The notes under the pieces are model-generated. The model made no database searches. It was given only the letters and a program-made list of their open reading frames with translations, and was not told the origin of the DNA. From Myxococcales bacterium (GTDB lineage Bacteria > Myxococcota_A > Polyangia > Polyangiales > Polyangiaceae): a stretch of 64,000 nt of DNA. Made by a program: the position numbers and the translations under genes. Below are positions 33,010-43,419 of the stretch, one piece after another; within the stretch, counting starts at the first letter, position 1; each line of letters opens with the position of its first letter. The stretch spans positions 378,050 to 442,049 of the forward strand of contig JADJCA010000011.1 in the NCBI GenBank assembly GCA_016703425.1. Reading direction: 5' to 3'.

Positions 33010-35196
33010 TTAGAGGCCGGGACCCGCAGCGCTCTCCGGGAGCTCGGCGCTGCGGACGGAGCGGACGCGGTCGGCGAACCGCTTCACGTCGTCGTCGGTG
33101 AGCGGGGTGTCACCGAAACGAGCGGCCAAGTATTGGGACGTCAGCGCGTGGACCTCGCCCGACAGCGGGTGCCGTTGCGCCACGAGCTCTTCCGCGTGCC
33201 GGAGCGGCGGTAGGGCCGGCGGTCGCCCGATGCCGTGGAGGAGCAGGGCGGTCTCGAGGTCGCGGTACAGCGCCGTCGCGGCTTCGAGGGCGCGCGAGGT
33301 GGCCTTCGCCGGCGGCGGCGACGCTTTCGTTGGCGCCGAGCGCCAACGCTTCCACACGAGGTACGCGATGAGCAAGACGCCGAGCGTGGTGCCGGCGAGG
33401 TAGGGCGCGCGCGTCCAGCGCTCCCAAGGTCCGCGGTCGGCGCCGAGGCGCCGCCGGAGCTCGTGGTAGCGGCGTTCGACGGCGTCGAAGATGCGCGACT
33501 GGGCGCGGCGATCGTAGCCGACGACGTATCGGTTCCAGCGCTGCGACATGGCGTCGAGCAAGTCGCGGACGTAGATGACGGCGCCCACATTGGGAACCAG
33601 CGGCTGCGCCGCCGCCGGCGGCGTCGGGTCGAACGTGAACCAGCCGGGCCGCGCCGGATCGTCGGCGATGTACGCCTCGACCCAGGAGTGGGCGTCGCCC
33701 TCGCGGACCGCGTAGTAGCGACCGAAGCGGTTGTAGGTCCCGCCCACGAACCCCGTCACGTTGCGCGAGGGCACGCCGGCGGCGCGTAACATGACCGCCA
33801 TGGCCGTCGAGAAGAACTCGCAGTGGCCGCGCTTTGATTCGAAGAGGAAGTGGTCGAGCGGTTGAGGCGTCCCGCCAGAGGGAGAGCCGACGTCGTACCG
33901 GTAGACGGTGCGGAGCTTCTCCTCGAGGAGCTTGGCCTTCTTGTAGTCGGTGGTCGCGCCGCGGGTCCATTCCTCGGCGAGCGCGTGGATACGCTTGGGC
34001 AAGTCGGGCGGGAGCGAGAGGTACCGGCCGCGCTCGACGATGGGCTCGACGATGCGCTCCCCGTCCTTTGCCAGGATGACGTCGTAGCGGAGCCCGTGCG
34101 CGTCGGCGCCGGCGTAGCGGAGCTCGCCCTCGGGGCCCATGAGCAAACGCAGCGGGTCGCCGAAGACGGTCTGGTTGAGGGGCTTCAGCTCAACGGCGAC
34201 GGCCGACGGAGGCAGGAACACCACCGAGGGCGCCGGGTCGATGGGCTCCAAGTCGAAGGCGATGCGTCGATCGCCTCGGCTCGGGTCCCGCGCCAAGGGG
34301 TAGACCGACGAGCCGAGTCGCGGGCGGGCCTCGCTGCGGTCCGTCTTTGTTCGAGACCAGGCACGGCCGTCGTAGGCGTCGAAGGCCGTGCCGCGAAGAC
34401 GGAGCACCATGCGTGGGGGAGGAGGCTGAGGCAAGTCGGGCAGGTCGAAGCGCAGTGCCACGGAGGGATCATTGCGCAATACACCGACCTGCCCTAGGTC
34501 GACCTTGTCGGAGAAGCCGACCATGCGACCCGCGCGCGAGTGGTTGAGGAGCAGAAGAGACAGTCCCACGCGCGGGAAGAGCAAGAAGAGCGTCGCTGTG
34601 AAGAGAAAGATGGGAACGGAGATGAGGCAGGTCGCGCCCAAGAATCCGCGGCCCACGACGCGTCGACTTCGGAGGATGCGAGGCACGTCGACGGGGAGGC
34701 CTGTGCGGTCACGGGCGCCTTGGCGATAGTTGCCTTCGACCTCGCGCCGCAGGTGGCTGAGCACCAGGGCGCCTGGCGCGACGATGAGGAAGCCGAGAAA
34801 ACACAACCCGTAAGCGAGGCCGCCACCGAGGACGGTTCCGGCGACGAGGTGCAAGAGCGCCAGGACGATGATCTGCTGGTCGTGGGCGGCGCCGCGTCGC
34901 GTCGCGATGCGCAACACCTGAAGCATCGCCGCGAACTCGACGGCGACCTCGAGGACCGACTCGCCGGCGAGCAGGCGCACGGCCTCGACGAGGAAGAGCA
35001 CCAGCGGCGCGGCCGTCGAGAGGTGCCGCATGAAAGGTCGCGCCGACCAACCCTCGGGGACCGCGAGGGCCAGAGCGAGGCCCGCGAGGAGCCCCACGTT
35101 GGTCACTGTGCCGAGCGATGCGGTGCTCACCACGGCCAAGACGCCGAGCGCCGCCAGCGCGTCGGTCATGAGGCGGTGAACGAGACCGAATCGCAT
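33010..35196 (-). CDS. Transglutaminase-like membrane protein (DUF3488/TgpA-like), BatA-like operon member
   Basis: Polytopic N-terminal half, then transglutaminase core [28 protein letters not shown]...GDAHSWVE...FDPT. Confidence 0.8.
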   Translation of the reverse strand: MRFGLVHRLMTDALAALGVLAVVSTASLGTVTNVGLLAGLALALAVPEGWSARPFMRHLSTAAPLVLFLVEAVRLLAGESVLEVAVEFAAMLQVLRIATRRGAAHDQQIIVLALLHLVAGTVLGGGLAYGLCFLGFLIVAPGALVLSHLRREVEGNYRQGARDRTGLPVDVPRILRSRRVVGRGFLGATCLISVPIFLFTATLFLLFPRVGLSLLLLNHSRAGRMVGFSDKVDLGQVGVLRNDPSVALRFDLPDLPQPPPPRMVLRLRGTAFDAYDGRAWSRTKTDRSEARPRLGSSVYPLARDPSRGDRRIAFDLEPIDPAPSVVFLPPSAVAVELKPLNQTVFGDPLRLLMGPEGELRYAGADAHGLRYDVILAKDGERIVEPIVERGRYLSLPPDLPKRIHALAEEWTRGATTDYKKAKLLEEKLRTVYRYDVGSPSGGTPQPLDHFLFESKRGHCEFFSTAMAVMLRAAGVPSRNVTGFVGGTYNRFGRYYAVREGDAHSWVEAYIADDPARPGWFTFDPTPPAAAQPLVPNVGAVIYVRDLLDAMSQRWNRYVVGYDRRAQSRIFDAVERRYHELRRRLGADRGPWERWTRAPYLAGTTLGVLLIAYLVWKRWRSAPTKASPPPAKATSRALEAATALYRDLETALLLHGIGRPPALPPLRHAEELVAQRHPLSGEVHALTSQYLAARFGDTPLTDDDVKRFADRVRSVRSAELPESAAGPGL

Positions 35197-35202
35197 GGGT
35201 GT

Positions 35203-36245
35203 CTACTCGGCCGCCTTGACGGGGCGACCACCCTCGGCGCGAGCCTCGGAGGGTTGGATCAGGGCGAGGTAGCGAAGGATCGGGTCGGCGCCGGCAAGCC
35301 GATCGGCGCGGGCGGCGATGGCCGCTTGCGTGCGGATGGCCACCGAGTCACCGCGCTTCAGGTGCGCGACGGCGCGGGACGCGAGGTCTTTGATCTTGCG
35401 CTCGAAGAGGGCGTCCCACTCGGCGGTGGCCTCGCGAGGCCTCTCGAGCTCGAGCGGGAGCGTCACGTCGGGCCGAGCTTCCCGGGCGCGTTCTCGGATC
35501 ACCATCTGGCCGGTTGCGCTCTTGCGCCAATAGATGTCTCGCGGATCGTCGCCTTCGCGCATCGCCTTCAGACCGAGGAAGTCGGCGCTGGTCCCGGCGC
35601 CCATGGAGCCGTCGCCCAGGGCGGTGCGGCCTCCGGTGGCCACCGGCAGCTGCACGGCTTCGACGGCGGGATAGATGATGAGCTCGCCGGAGGCCTGGAG
35701 CTCGCGCGACTTTTCGAAGAGACCGAATGGGAACCGTGTGGCGATGCGGAAGCCGACGTGAACGTCGCGACCGCGCTTCGTGGGCGTTCGACGGTAGGCG
35801 GCTACCTGCGCCGATCGCGGGCTTATCTTCAGGAAGAAGCACCGCTTGTCGGCCGGTTGCCCCGCGCGAAGGTCTTCAACCTCGATGGCGTAGGAGGGAA
35901 CGCGGCCCTTGTTGTTGTAGACCTCGATTTCAACGAGGTGCGCTCGCCCGACCTGGGCGCGCTGCGGGAGCCGCCGCAAGACGCTCAGGTCTCGCAGCGA
36001 CAGCTCGCTCATGACGCCGCTCACGACGATGAGCGCGAGCAACATGCCGAGCAGCAGGTAGAGAAGTTGTTGGCGGTGTTGATGGCGGCGAAGCCAACGC
36101 CCAACGTGATGCCGACGAAGAACTTCCCCTCGCGGGTGAACTTCAGCCGGCGCGGCGGCCGGATGAAGCGCCGGAAGCGAGCGAGGAGCGAGCGCGGCGC
36201 GGCCGCATCACCTTGCGAGGGACTTTCGGGCCGCGATCCAGCCAT
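35203..36245 (-). CDS. DUF58 domain protein (interrupted by a single-base frameshift near 36063)
   Basis: N-terminal part (ORF 36021..36245: [29 protein letters not shown]) and C-terminal part (ORF 35203..36045: [17 protein letters not shown]...[11 protein letters not shown]) are contiguous in one protein family. Restoring one C in ttcctc rejoins them. Confidence 0.7.
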
Positions 36246-36254
36246 CTCTGTTGC

Positions 36255-37220
<966 letters not shown>

Positions 37221-37304
37221 GGACGCGAGCGTAGCACGATCGAGTGCCGTTCCTCGCCGCGCAACTTGCGCTGGTTTGGTGTCTCGAGGCACTGTCGCCC
37301 CCGC

Positions 37305-37997
37305 ATGCCTGCCCCGCCGGCCTCCAACGTGATCACGCTCTCGGGTGTCTCGAAGACCTACGGCTTCGTGCGCGCGCTGACGAACGTGTCGCTTCAGCTG
37401 GCCCCCGGCATCACCGTGGTTCGCGGGGCGAACGGTTCGGGCAAGAGCACCATACTGTCGATTCTTGGGACGCTGACGCGGCCGACGGCGGGCGACGTGG
37501 ACTTCGGCGCGCTCGGCCCAACGCGCGAGGATGTGAGGGCGCAGCTCGGGTGGGTGGGACATGAGCTCCTAGTGTATGCGGATCTGAGCGCGCGAGAGAA
37601 TCTGACCTTGTGTGCCGCGCTCCACGGACTCGACGCGGAAGTGGTCGCGAAGGTCGCTGCGCGTTTCGGCATGGAGTCATTTCTGGATCGGCCCGTGCGG
37701 ACGATGTCGCGTGGTCAGCGGCAGCGCGTCGCCGTGGCTCGCGCGGTCCTCAACGAGCCGCGGCTGCTCCTCTTGGACGAGCCGACGACCGGGCTTGATT
37801 CGGACGGCGTCGCGCTTCTTGAGCGAGTCGTCGGCGAAGAGGCGTCGCGCGGAGGTTGGGTGGTGGTCGTTACCCACGAGGTGGAGTTTCTTAGGCACGC
37901 TTCATCGGTCTGGATGGCGCGAGGGCGCCTGAGCAGCGCGCCAGGTGTTTCACGTGAAACATCTCCCGCGGCGACGGGTGGCGCGGAAGGCGCCTAA
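37305..37997 (+). CDS. ABC transporter ATP-binding protein (solitary; CcmA-like size)
   Basis: GANGSGKST Walker A, signature MSRGQRQRVAVARA, Walker B LLLLDEP. 230 aa. No permease gene adjacent. Confidence 0.75.
   Translation: MPAPPASNVITLSGVSKTYGFVRALTNVSLQLAPGITVVRGANGSGKSTILSILGTLTRPTAGDVDFGALGPTREDVRAQLGWVGHELLVYADLSARENLTLCAALHGLDAEVVAKVAARFGMESFLDRPVRTMSRGQRQRVAVARAVLNEPRLLLLDEPTTGLDSDGVALLERVVGEEASRGGWVVVVTHEVEFLRHASSVWMARGRLSSAPGVSRETSPAATGGAEGA
37945..37960. repeat. 16-mer GTGTTTCACGTGAAAC (contains perfect palindrome GTTTCACGTGAAAC), copy 1, inside the 3' end of the ABC ATPase gene
   Basis: Identical 16-mer recurs at 38963..38978. Confidence 0.6.
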
Positions 37998-37999
37998 CG

Positions 38000-38960
38000 A
38001 GGCGCTACGGGTGCCCGCCCGTGGTCCCGTCGCGAAGGCTGCGAAGAGACCAACGCCGCGGGTTGGACGCACAGTTTCAATGGTTAGGGCGCGACCGCCT
38101 GGGCGCCGAGCGGGTGTGTTGGCGAACCTGCTGCGCATGCGGCGCAGGTTGCACTCGCACAGGCGCTCGCCGTCGAGGGGGTGAGCGGCGGCCATGCTGG
38201 CGGGTGGGGTCACGGCGCGCCGCCGAGGGGGCGGTGGCAGGTCGAGGGGGGCGGTGGCGCCGTGCGCGCGGGGCCGGCCGGGCCGGCGCGGCGGGGGACG
38301 ATGGTTAGCATGCACCGTGTTCACTCTGCCGCCCCCGGCCCGCTCCGCCCCGGCCCGCCCCGGCCCGCCCCGCCCCCCTCCCGCTGCCCGGCCTCGCTGC
38401 CCCCCACCGCCCGGGTCCTCCCGCTTTGGCTCGCGATCGCGCGGGCGTTCGACTGGGGTGGCCCGGTTCGGTCGGCACCCCCGGTGCGGCACCGCGGAGC
38501 CCGTGCGCCGCTGTGGGCCCGACCCGGCTGACCGTCATCCCGTGATCCGCGCCCGCGCCGCTCGCGCCCGCGTTCCCAACAAGTCCCCCACCTGCAGGTG
38601 CACGGCTTCAACGGGAGGCAGCTCGGCCGCGCACTTCATTGCGCCGCGGCGCGAGAGGCCTCGCGTTCGAGCCGCGCTTCGCAGCCCACGGGCGCCCGGC
38701 GAGTGCTGGCCAAGGCGCGCCACCGGAACCGGAGCGCCGTCGCCCGGTCCGCCCCTGCCGGGCCACCGTCGCGGTCTCGCGCCGCGCCCGTGGAGGCGTC
38801 GGCGTTGGCCACCGCGGGACCCTCTTGAGAAACGCGCTGGGCACCTCGTGGCGCACGGCGGAGACCGGGAGACGTTCCCGCTTTGCCGATCGTGGGCCCC
38901 GTCGCGAACGCCGGACGCCCGCGTTGAGCGGCCATCGTTGGGCTCAGCGCCCAGCCACGC
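38000..38960. other. Noncoding ~80% GC island between convergent genes (no credible ORF; G-run-rich then C-run-rich)
   Basis: All six frames give only Arg/Pro/Gly-rich overlapping ORFs. It contains runs such as gggggg and cccccc, plus short direct repeats (ccccggcccgc x3, atggttag x2). Confidence 0.4.
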
Positions 38961-38962
38961 CT

Positions 38963-38978
38963 GTGTTTCACGTGAAAC
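38963..38978. repeat. 16-mer GTGTTTCACGTGAAAC, copy 2, overlapping the stop codon and last codons (KRFT*) of the bioF-like gene
   Basis: Exact match to 37945..37960. Confidence 0.6.
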
Positions 38979-40065
38979 GTTTGAGCACGGCGGCGGCCGC
39001 GGCGACGTCCTCGGCGGAGTGTCGGGCGCTCGCCGTAACGCGGAGTCGCGCAGTGCCCGTCGGCACCGTCGGCGGCCGAATCGCCTGCACGTGGACGCCC
39101 TCGGCGCGCGCCGCCTCCGCCGCCGCGATGGCGACCGCCGGGTCGCCAAGCACGAGCGGGATGATCGGCCCGAATCCTGGAGGTGCCCCCAGTGCGGCCC
39201 TCAGGGTCGTGGCGTTCTCGAGGCACCGCTCGCGGAGCGACGAGTCCTCTCGCGCCCGACGGACACACCGGGCCGCTGAATGCGCAAGCGCAGGCGAGAG
39301 GCCCGTCGAGAACACGAAGCTACGAGCCCGGTTCCACAGCCAGTCGACGAGCGCCTGGGCCCCAACGACGAACGCGCCTTGTCGGCCGAGCGCTTTGCCG
39401 AGGGTCCCGATGAGCACGTCGGCCTCCACGCCGGCTTGCGCCGTGCGCCCGCGACCCTCGGGCCCGAGCACCCCGAGCGCATGGGCCTCGTCGACGATGA
39501 GCCCCGCGCTATACCGATCGCAGAGCGCCCGGAGCGCAGCGAGGTCGGGGCCGTCACCATCCATGCTGAAGTAGCTCTCGGTCACCACCCAGGCGCGGGA
39601 CTCCCGGCGAGCCACAAGGACCTCCTCCATGGCGGCCACGTCGAGGTGGTCGATGACCGCCACGCGCGCACCGCTCAACCGACACCCGTCGATGATCGAT
39701 GCGTGGTTCAGTCGGTCGCTGACGATGAGGTCGCCGGCCTGGGCGAGGGCGCTCAGCGCTCCGACGTTCGCGGCGTAGCCGCTCGAGAATGTCAAAGCCG
39801 CATCGGCGCGCAGCCAATCCACCAACTCGCGTTCGAGCGCTCGGTGGCCGTCAGCCTCGCCCACCACGAGGCGCGAAGCTCCTGCGCCGCCCGGACCCTC
39901 GAAGCCGCCCGGGTCTTCGCCAAGGCCGAGGTAGTCGTTGCTGCAGAACGACGGCCGCGGCCCCCGGTAGACGGGAGGTCGCTCGCGCAAGAGGCCGGCC
40001 CCCGCGAGGCTCCGAAGCTCCTCGCGGAGGTGCCGAAGGGCAGGTGGCGGCGGCCGAGCGCTCAC
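38968..40065 (-). CDS. bioF: 8-amino-7-oxononanoate synthase-like alpha-oxoamine synthase (PLP-dependent)
   Basis: 365 aa. SNDYLGL, DEAHALGVLG, GTLGKALG (PLP lysine). Belongs to the BioF/Kbl/SPT family. Confidence 0.8.
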   Translation of the reverse strand: MSARPPPPALRHLREELRSLAGAGLLRERPPVYRGPRPSFCSNDYLGLGEDPGGFEGPGGAGASRLVVGEADGHRALERELVDWLRADAALTFSSGYAANVGALSALAQAGDLIVSDRLNHASIIDGCRLSGARVAVIDHLDVAAMEEVLVARRESRAWVVTESYFSMDGDGPDLAALRALCDRYSAGLIVDEAHALGVLGPEGRGRTAQAGVEADVLIGTLGKALGRQGAFVVGAQALVDWLWNRARSFVFSTGLSPALAHSAARCVRRAREDSSLRERCLENATTLRAALGAPPGFGPIIPLVLGDPAVAIAAAEAARAEGVHVQAIRPPTVPTGTARLRVTASARHSAEDVAAAAAVLKRFT

Positions 40066-40075
40066 GGCCGCTCCG

Positions 40076-40372
40076 TCAGACGGCGTCGCTGGATTCGAGC
40101 GCGTGATCGATGCGCAAGAGGACGCGTCGCAAGAGATCGCGCGTGCGCCGTTCGAGCGTCTCCCGACGGCCGCGCTCTTCTTCGAGGTCGTGGGCCAACG
40201 CCAACGCGGCGAGCAAGATCGCTTGCGGCTGCGGCGCTCGGCCCTTGGGCGTCAGCTCGAGGATCTTCGACTCCACGATCCCCGCCACGCGGCCGAGCTC
40301 TTCGTCGCCCGCGGAGGTGACGACCTTGTAGCTCTGCCCACCGACGTGCAGCTGCACCGTCCGACGCTCCAT
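40076..40372 (-). CDS. zapA: Cell division protein ZapA
   Basis: 99 aa. MERRTVQLHVGGQSYKVVTSAGDEELGRVAGIVESKILEL...AILLAALALAHDLEE matches the ZapA fold pattern. Confidence 0.65.
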   Translation of the reverse strand: MERRTVQLHVGGQSYKVVTSAGDEELGRVAGIVESKILELTPKGRAPQPQAILLAALALAHDLEEERGRRETLERRTRDLLRRVLLRIDHALESSDAV

Positions 40373-40454
40373 CGACGAGAACGATAACACCCAAGCCTGG
40401 ACCGTTGTCGAGCAATCACTGCGTTTGCGCCGGTAGCATGCATCATGCACGCAT

Positions 40455-40994
40455 CTAGCGGGCCGCGCCCCAAACAAGCAGGAACGGGAGCGCCAGAACG
40501 CCCAAGTCGACCCGCGCCCCAAACAGGAGCTCTTGCGGTCGGCCGTCGCCGAAGGTCGAGCGGCCCTCCACGAAGAGGCCGTTCTGCATCGTGTAGAGGC
40601 TGTGGAAATTGTGACCGCGAAGGCCCACGAAGACCTGCGCCGCGGCGCCGACGCCAGCGCCGTCGCCCGCAGCGCCAAAGAACCCCGCCGACGGCAGAAT
40701 CGCGAGCGTTTCGAAGCCCGGCACGAGCGCTGTCAGGCCCGCGCCCGCGAGTCCGCGTTCAAAGCCCACCGTGAGCAGCTCGACGTAGGGCCCAAGTGCG
40801 CCGCTCCGGTTCCGCTCGCGCAGGAAGAGCAGATCCCCGCGCAGGCCTAGGTGAAGCCCGCCGCCCGCATCTCCTAGCGAAAGTCCGTAGCCGCCGGTCG
40901 CGCCGCCGCTGAGCTCCGGGCTCGCCGCGGCCCGCGCCGCCGGGACTGTCGTCGCGAGGGCCGCAAGAAGCGCCCAAGCGGTTCGCGCCGTCAC
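40455..40994 (-). CDS. Secreted Gly-rich hypothetical protein
   Basis: GTG 40994 overlaps the upstream stop (GTGA). Signal peptide VTARTAWALLAALATTVPAARA. Confidence 0.45.
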   Translation of the reverse strand: MTARTAWALLAALATTVPAARAAASPELSGGATGGYGLSLGDAGGGLHLGLRGDLLFLRERNRSGALGPYVELLTVGFERGLAGAGLTALVPGFETLAILPSAGFFGAAGDGAGVGAAAQVFVGLRGHNFHSLYTMQNGLFVEGRSTFGDGRPQELLFGARVDLGVLALPFLLVWGAAR

Positions 40995-41743
40995 CGACGC
41001 TTGTTGGGATCGCAGATGTCGAGGGTGTTGCACAAGCGGCAGTCGATGAGCTCGTCCTGCCCCTTTACGCAAGGCTGCGGAATGGCCGTGGCCTCACCCG
41101 TGACGCGGCAATCCACCTGAGGAGTGGTGACGTCGTCCGCTTCCGGCGGGAAATCAACCAGGCAGCCCTTGCAGGCGTTGATGGGAAACTGGGATTCGTT
41201 GCTCTCGATGCTCTGCCCACCGAGCGTCTGCCCGAAGACCTTGAAGCGCGCGAGGAGGCGCTTGGTCTCACCGATGGGAATCTCCTCGCGGAGCTTCTCG
41301 ACGAGCGCCGGATTGATCAGCGTGACCGACACCAGGCCATAGCCGGGCACGGTACCCGCGGACGGATTGACGAAGCCGGCCGCCAGCGTCGTGAAGCTCG
41401 CCCGCTGGTTGCCCTCGGCGTCCTCCACCGTCACGGTGGCCCCCTGAAGCGTGATCCGCGACGTCTCCGTGCGGAAGGCCTCGGAACGACCCTGCTGAAT
41501 CATCTGGTTGCCCACCAGGACGAAGGGCCGGTAGGCCGCCAGGAACTCGACGTCGATGGTGCCCGAAACGAGGGTCGGCTGGGCCGGGTCGGGCTTGTAG
41601 AGGCAACCGGCTTGTCCGGCGCCACCCGTCGGCGGCGCCTGCACGCTCAGCACGAAGAGCGTGCTGTCGTCATGGGCACACGAGGCGACGAAGACGGCGC
41701 TCACGCACCCGAGCGCAGCGCCATAGTTAAGAAACCGCTTCAT
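40991..41743 (-). CDS. Lipoprotein with Cys-rich C-terminus, hypothetical
   Basis: MKRFLNYGAALGCVSAVFVASC has a lipobox. Eight Cys in the last 70 aa. Confidence 0.55.
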   Translation of the reverse strand: MKRFLNYGAALGCVSAVFVASCAHDDSTLFVLSVQAPPTGGAGQAGCLYKPDPAQPTLVSGTIDVEFLAAYRPFVLVGNQMIQQGRSEAFRTETSRITLQGATVTVEDAEGNQRASFTTLAAGFVNPSAGTVPGYGLVSVTLINPALVEKLREEIPIGETKRLLARFKVFGQTLGGQSIESNESQFPINACKGCLVDFPPEADDVTTPQVDCRVTGEATAIPQPCVKGQDELIDCRLCNTLDICDPNKRR

Positions 41744-41841
41744 CCGAGGAACCTCCGGCGCGGCGCGCCACAAAAGGCGGGACGCAACACCAAGGAGAAG
41801 GGTACCGGCTGCGTTCGCCGAGAGCCAAAATTCGCGCGAAG

Positions 41842-43419
41842 TCAGTCCGAGAGGAGCGCCGCTTTGAGGGCGCTCAGGGCCACCGGCTCCACCGAGGCGG
41901 CCCCCACGGCGGAGACGACCGGCCACCTTACCTGTGCGCCCCTGCGCTTCTTGTCGGCGTCAATCCAAGGCAAAGCGGCTGCCAGATCCGCATGGCTGGC
42001 GGCGGTCGGGAGGTCCAACCGGCCCAAAAGGGCCGCGACGCGCCCCGCAAGCGCCGGGTCGGTCTTGCCCAACTTCGCGGCGGCGCGAAGCTCAGCCACA
42101 AGCCCGATGGCGACCGCCTCGCCGTGGAGCCACCGCGTGAAGGCGCCGTGAGCCTCGAGCGCGTGGCCGACCGTGTGGCCTAGGTTCAAAAGCGCGCGTT
42201 CGCCCCGCTCGGTCTCGTCGTTTCGCACGATGCGCGCCTTCGCGGAGATGGCCGCGTGCAAGACCGGGAGGAGCGCGTCCTCGTCGCCCGCCGCGAGCGC
42301 TTCTGCGGTCTCTTCCATGCGAAGAAAGAGGGAAGCGTCGGACGAGAGGCCAATCTTCGCCGCCTCGGCCAGCCCCGCCTTCCGTTCGCGAGCCGGCAGG
42401 GTTCTGAGGAGAGCCAAGTCGGCGACGACGCCGCTCGGCTGATGAAACGCGCCGACGAGGTTCTTTCCTGCCGGGTGATCAAAGCCTGTTTTTCCGCCCA
42501 CCGACGCGTCGATGAGGGCCAGCGTCGTGCTTGGCACGGAGAGCCATCGCACGCCGCGGAGGAGCGTCGCCGCCGCAAATCCAGCCAGATCCAGCACCAC
42601 GCCGCCGCCGAAACCCACGACGACGGCGTCGCGGTCGATGCCTGCACCGAGCGCCGCGTCCCAGATGGTGGACACGGAAGACACCGTCTTGTGCGCCTCG
42701 CCGGGCGCCAGCGTGACGTCGATCCGCGGCACCGTGAGCGGGCGAAACATCTCCGTCGCGTAGGCCAACTGCGCTCGTCGCACCCGCGCGTCGGCCACGA
42801 CGACGAGCGACGACGGCCCCATGGTCGCGAGCCGGTCGGCGATGCGTGTAGAGTCCCCGCGAACGATCTCAACGGTGTACGAACGCTCGCCGAGCGGGAT
42901 CGCCACCAGCGAGCGGCTGATCCACGGCACGATGCTGTCGGCGAGCTCGCTCGGCGTCGCGTCGTCGGTGGCGAGGGCGAGGTGACACTCGGCGTAGGCG
43001 GAGCGTCGCGCCTCGAGGAGGCGCGGAAGCTCATCCCCGTAGGCACCCGCGCCGCCCAAGAGCGGGCGGTCCTCACCGCCTTTGAGGCGCTCGCGAAGCG
43101 TCTCGGTGCGCGCGCTCAACGAGATCACGAGCGCCGCGTCCACCACGCGGTGCCGCAGCTCGCGGTCGACCAGCGCCCCGCCGCCCACGGCCACGACCTT
43201 CGGCTTCCCGTCGCGGAGCAGCGTATCGACGACCTCGCGCTCCATGGCGCGGAACGCCGGCTCGCCTCGCTCGCGCAAGAGCTCGCCCGGAGCCTTCCCC
43301 GACTGCTCGCGGAGCCGCTCGTCGGTGTCGAAGAAAGGGACGTCGAGCGTGGCCGCTAGGGCGGCGCCAACCGTGCTCTTGCCGACGCCCGGCGGCCCGC
43401 TGATGACGATCGTTTGCAT
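41842..43419 (-). CDS. aroKB: Bifunctional shikimate kinase / 3-dehydroquinate synthase (AroK-AroB fusion)
   Basis: N-terminus [22 protein letters not shown] (shikimate kinase P-loop). C-terminus shows DHQ synthase motifs GGGVVLDLAGFAAAT, GHTVGHALE. Confidence 0.85.
   Translation of the reverse strand: MQTIVISGPPGVGKSTVGAALAATLDVPFFDTDERLREQSGKAPGELLRERGEPAFRAMEREVVDTLLRDGKPKVVAVGGGALVDRELRHRVVDAALVISLSARTETLRERLKGGEDRPLLGGAGAYGDELPRLLEARRSAYAECHLALATDDATPSELADSIVPWISRSLVAIPLGERSYTVEIVRGDSTRIADRLATMGPSSLVVVADARVRRAQLAYATEMFRPLTVPRIDVTLAPGEAHKTVSSVSTIWDAALGAGIDRDAVVVGFGGGVVLDLAGFAAATLLRGVRWLSVPSTTLALIDASVGGKTGFDHPAGKNLVGAFHQPSGVVADLALLRTLPARERKAGLAEAAKIGLSSDASLFLRMEETAEALAAGDEDALLPVLHAAISAKARIVRNDETERGERALLNLGHTVGHALEAHGAFTRWLHGEAVAIGLVAELRAAAKLGKTDPALAGRVAALLGRLDLPTAASHADLAAALPWIDADKKRRGAQVRWPVVSAVGAASVEPVALSALKAALLSD

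Noticed and set aside
37305-37997. Calling the solitary ABC ATPase CcmA (heme exporter) because of the nearby ccmF-ccmH fusion and its ~230 aa size
   Set aside because: No CcmB/CcmC-like permease follows (only the noncoding GC island). It is 15 kb from ccmF and on a different transcription unit. The motifs are generic ABC.
37945-38978. Palindromic 16-mers as sequencing adapter or vector contamination
   Set aside because: The sequence does not match common Illumina, PacBio or Nanopore adapter sequences. Both copies are in frame within plausible C-terminal codons of flanking genes.
38194-39279. 361-aa ORF and other ORFs inside the GC-rich island
   Set aside because: Pure Arg/Pro/Gly low-complexity sequence that runs antisense into the bioF-like gene. 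No start context and no domain. Treated as noncoding.
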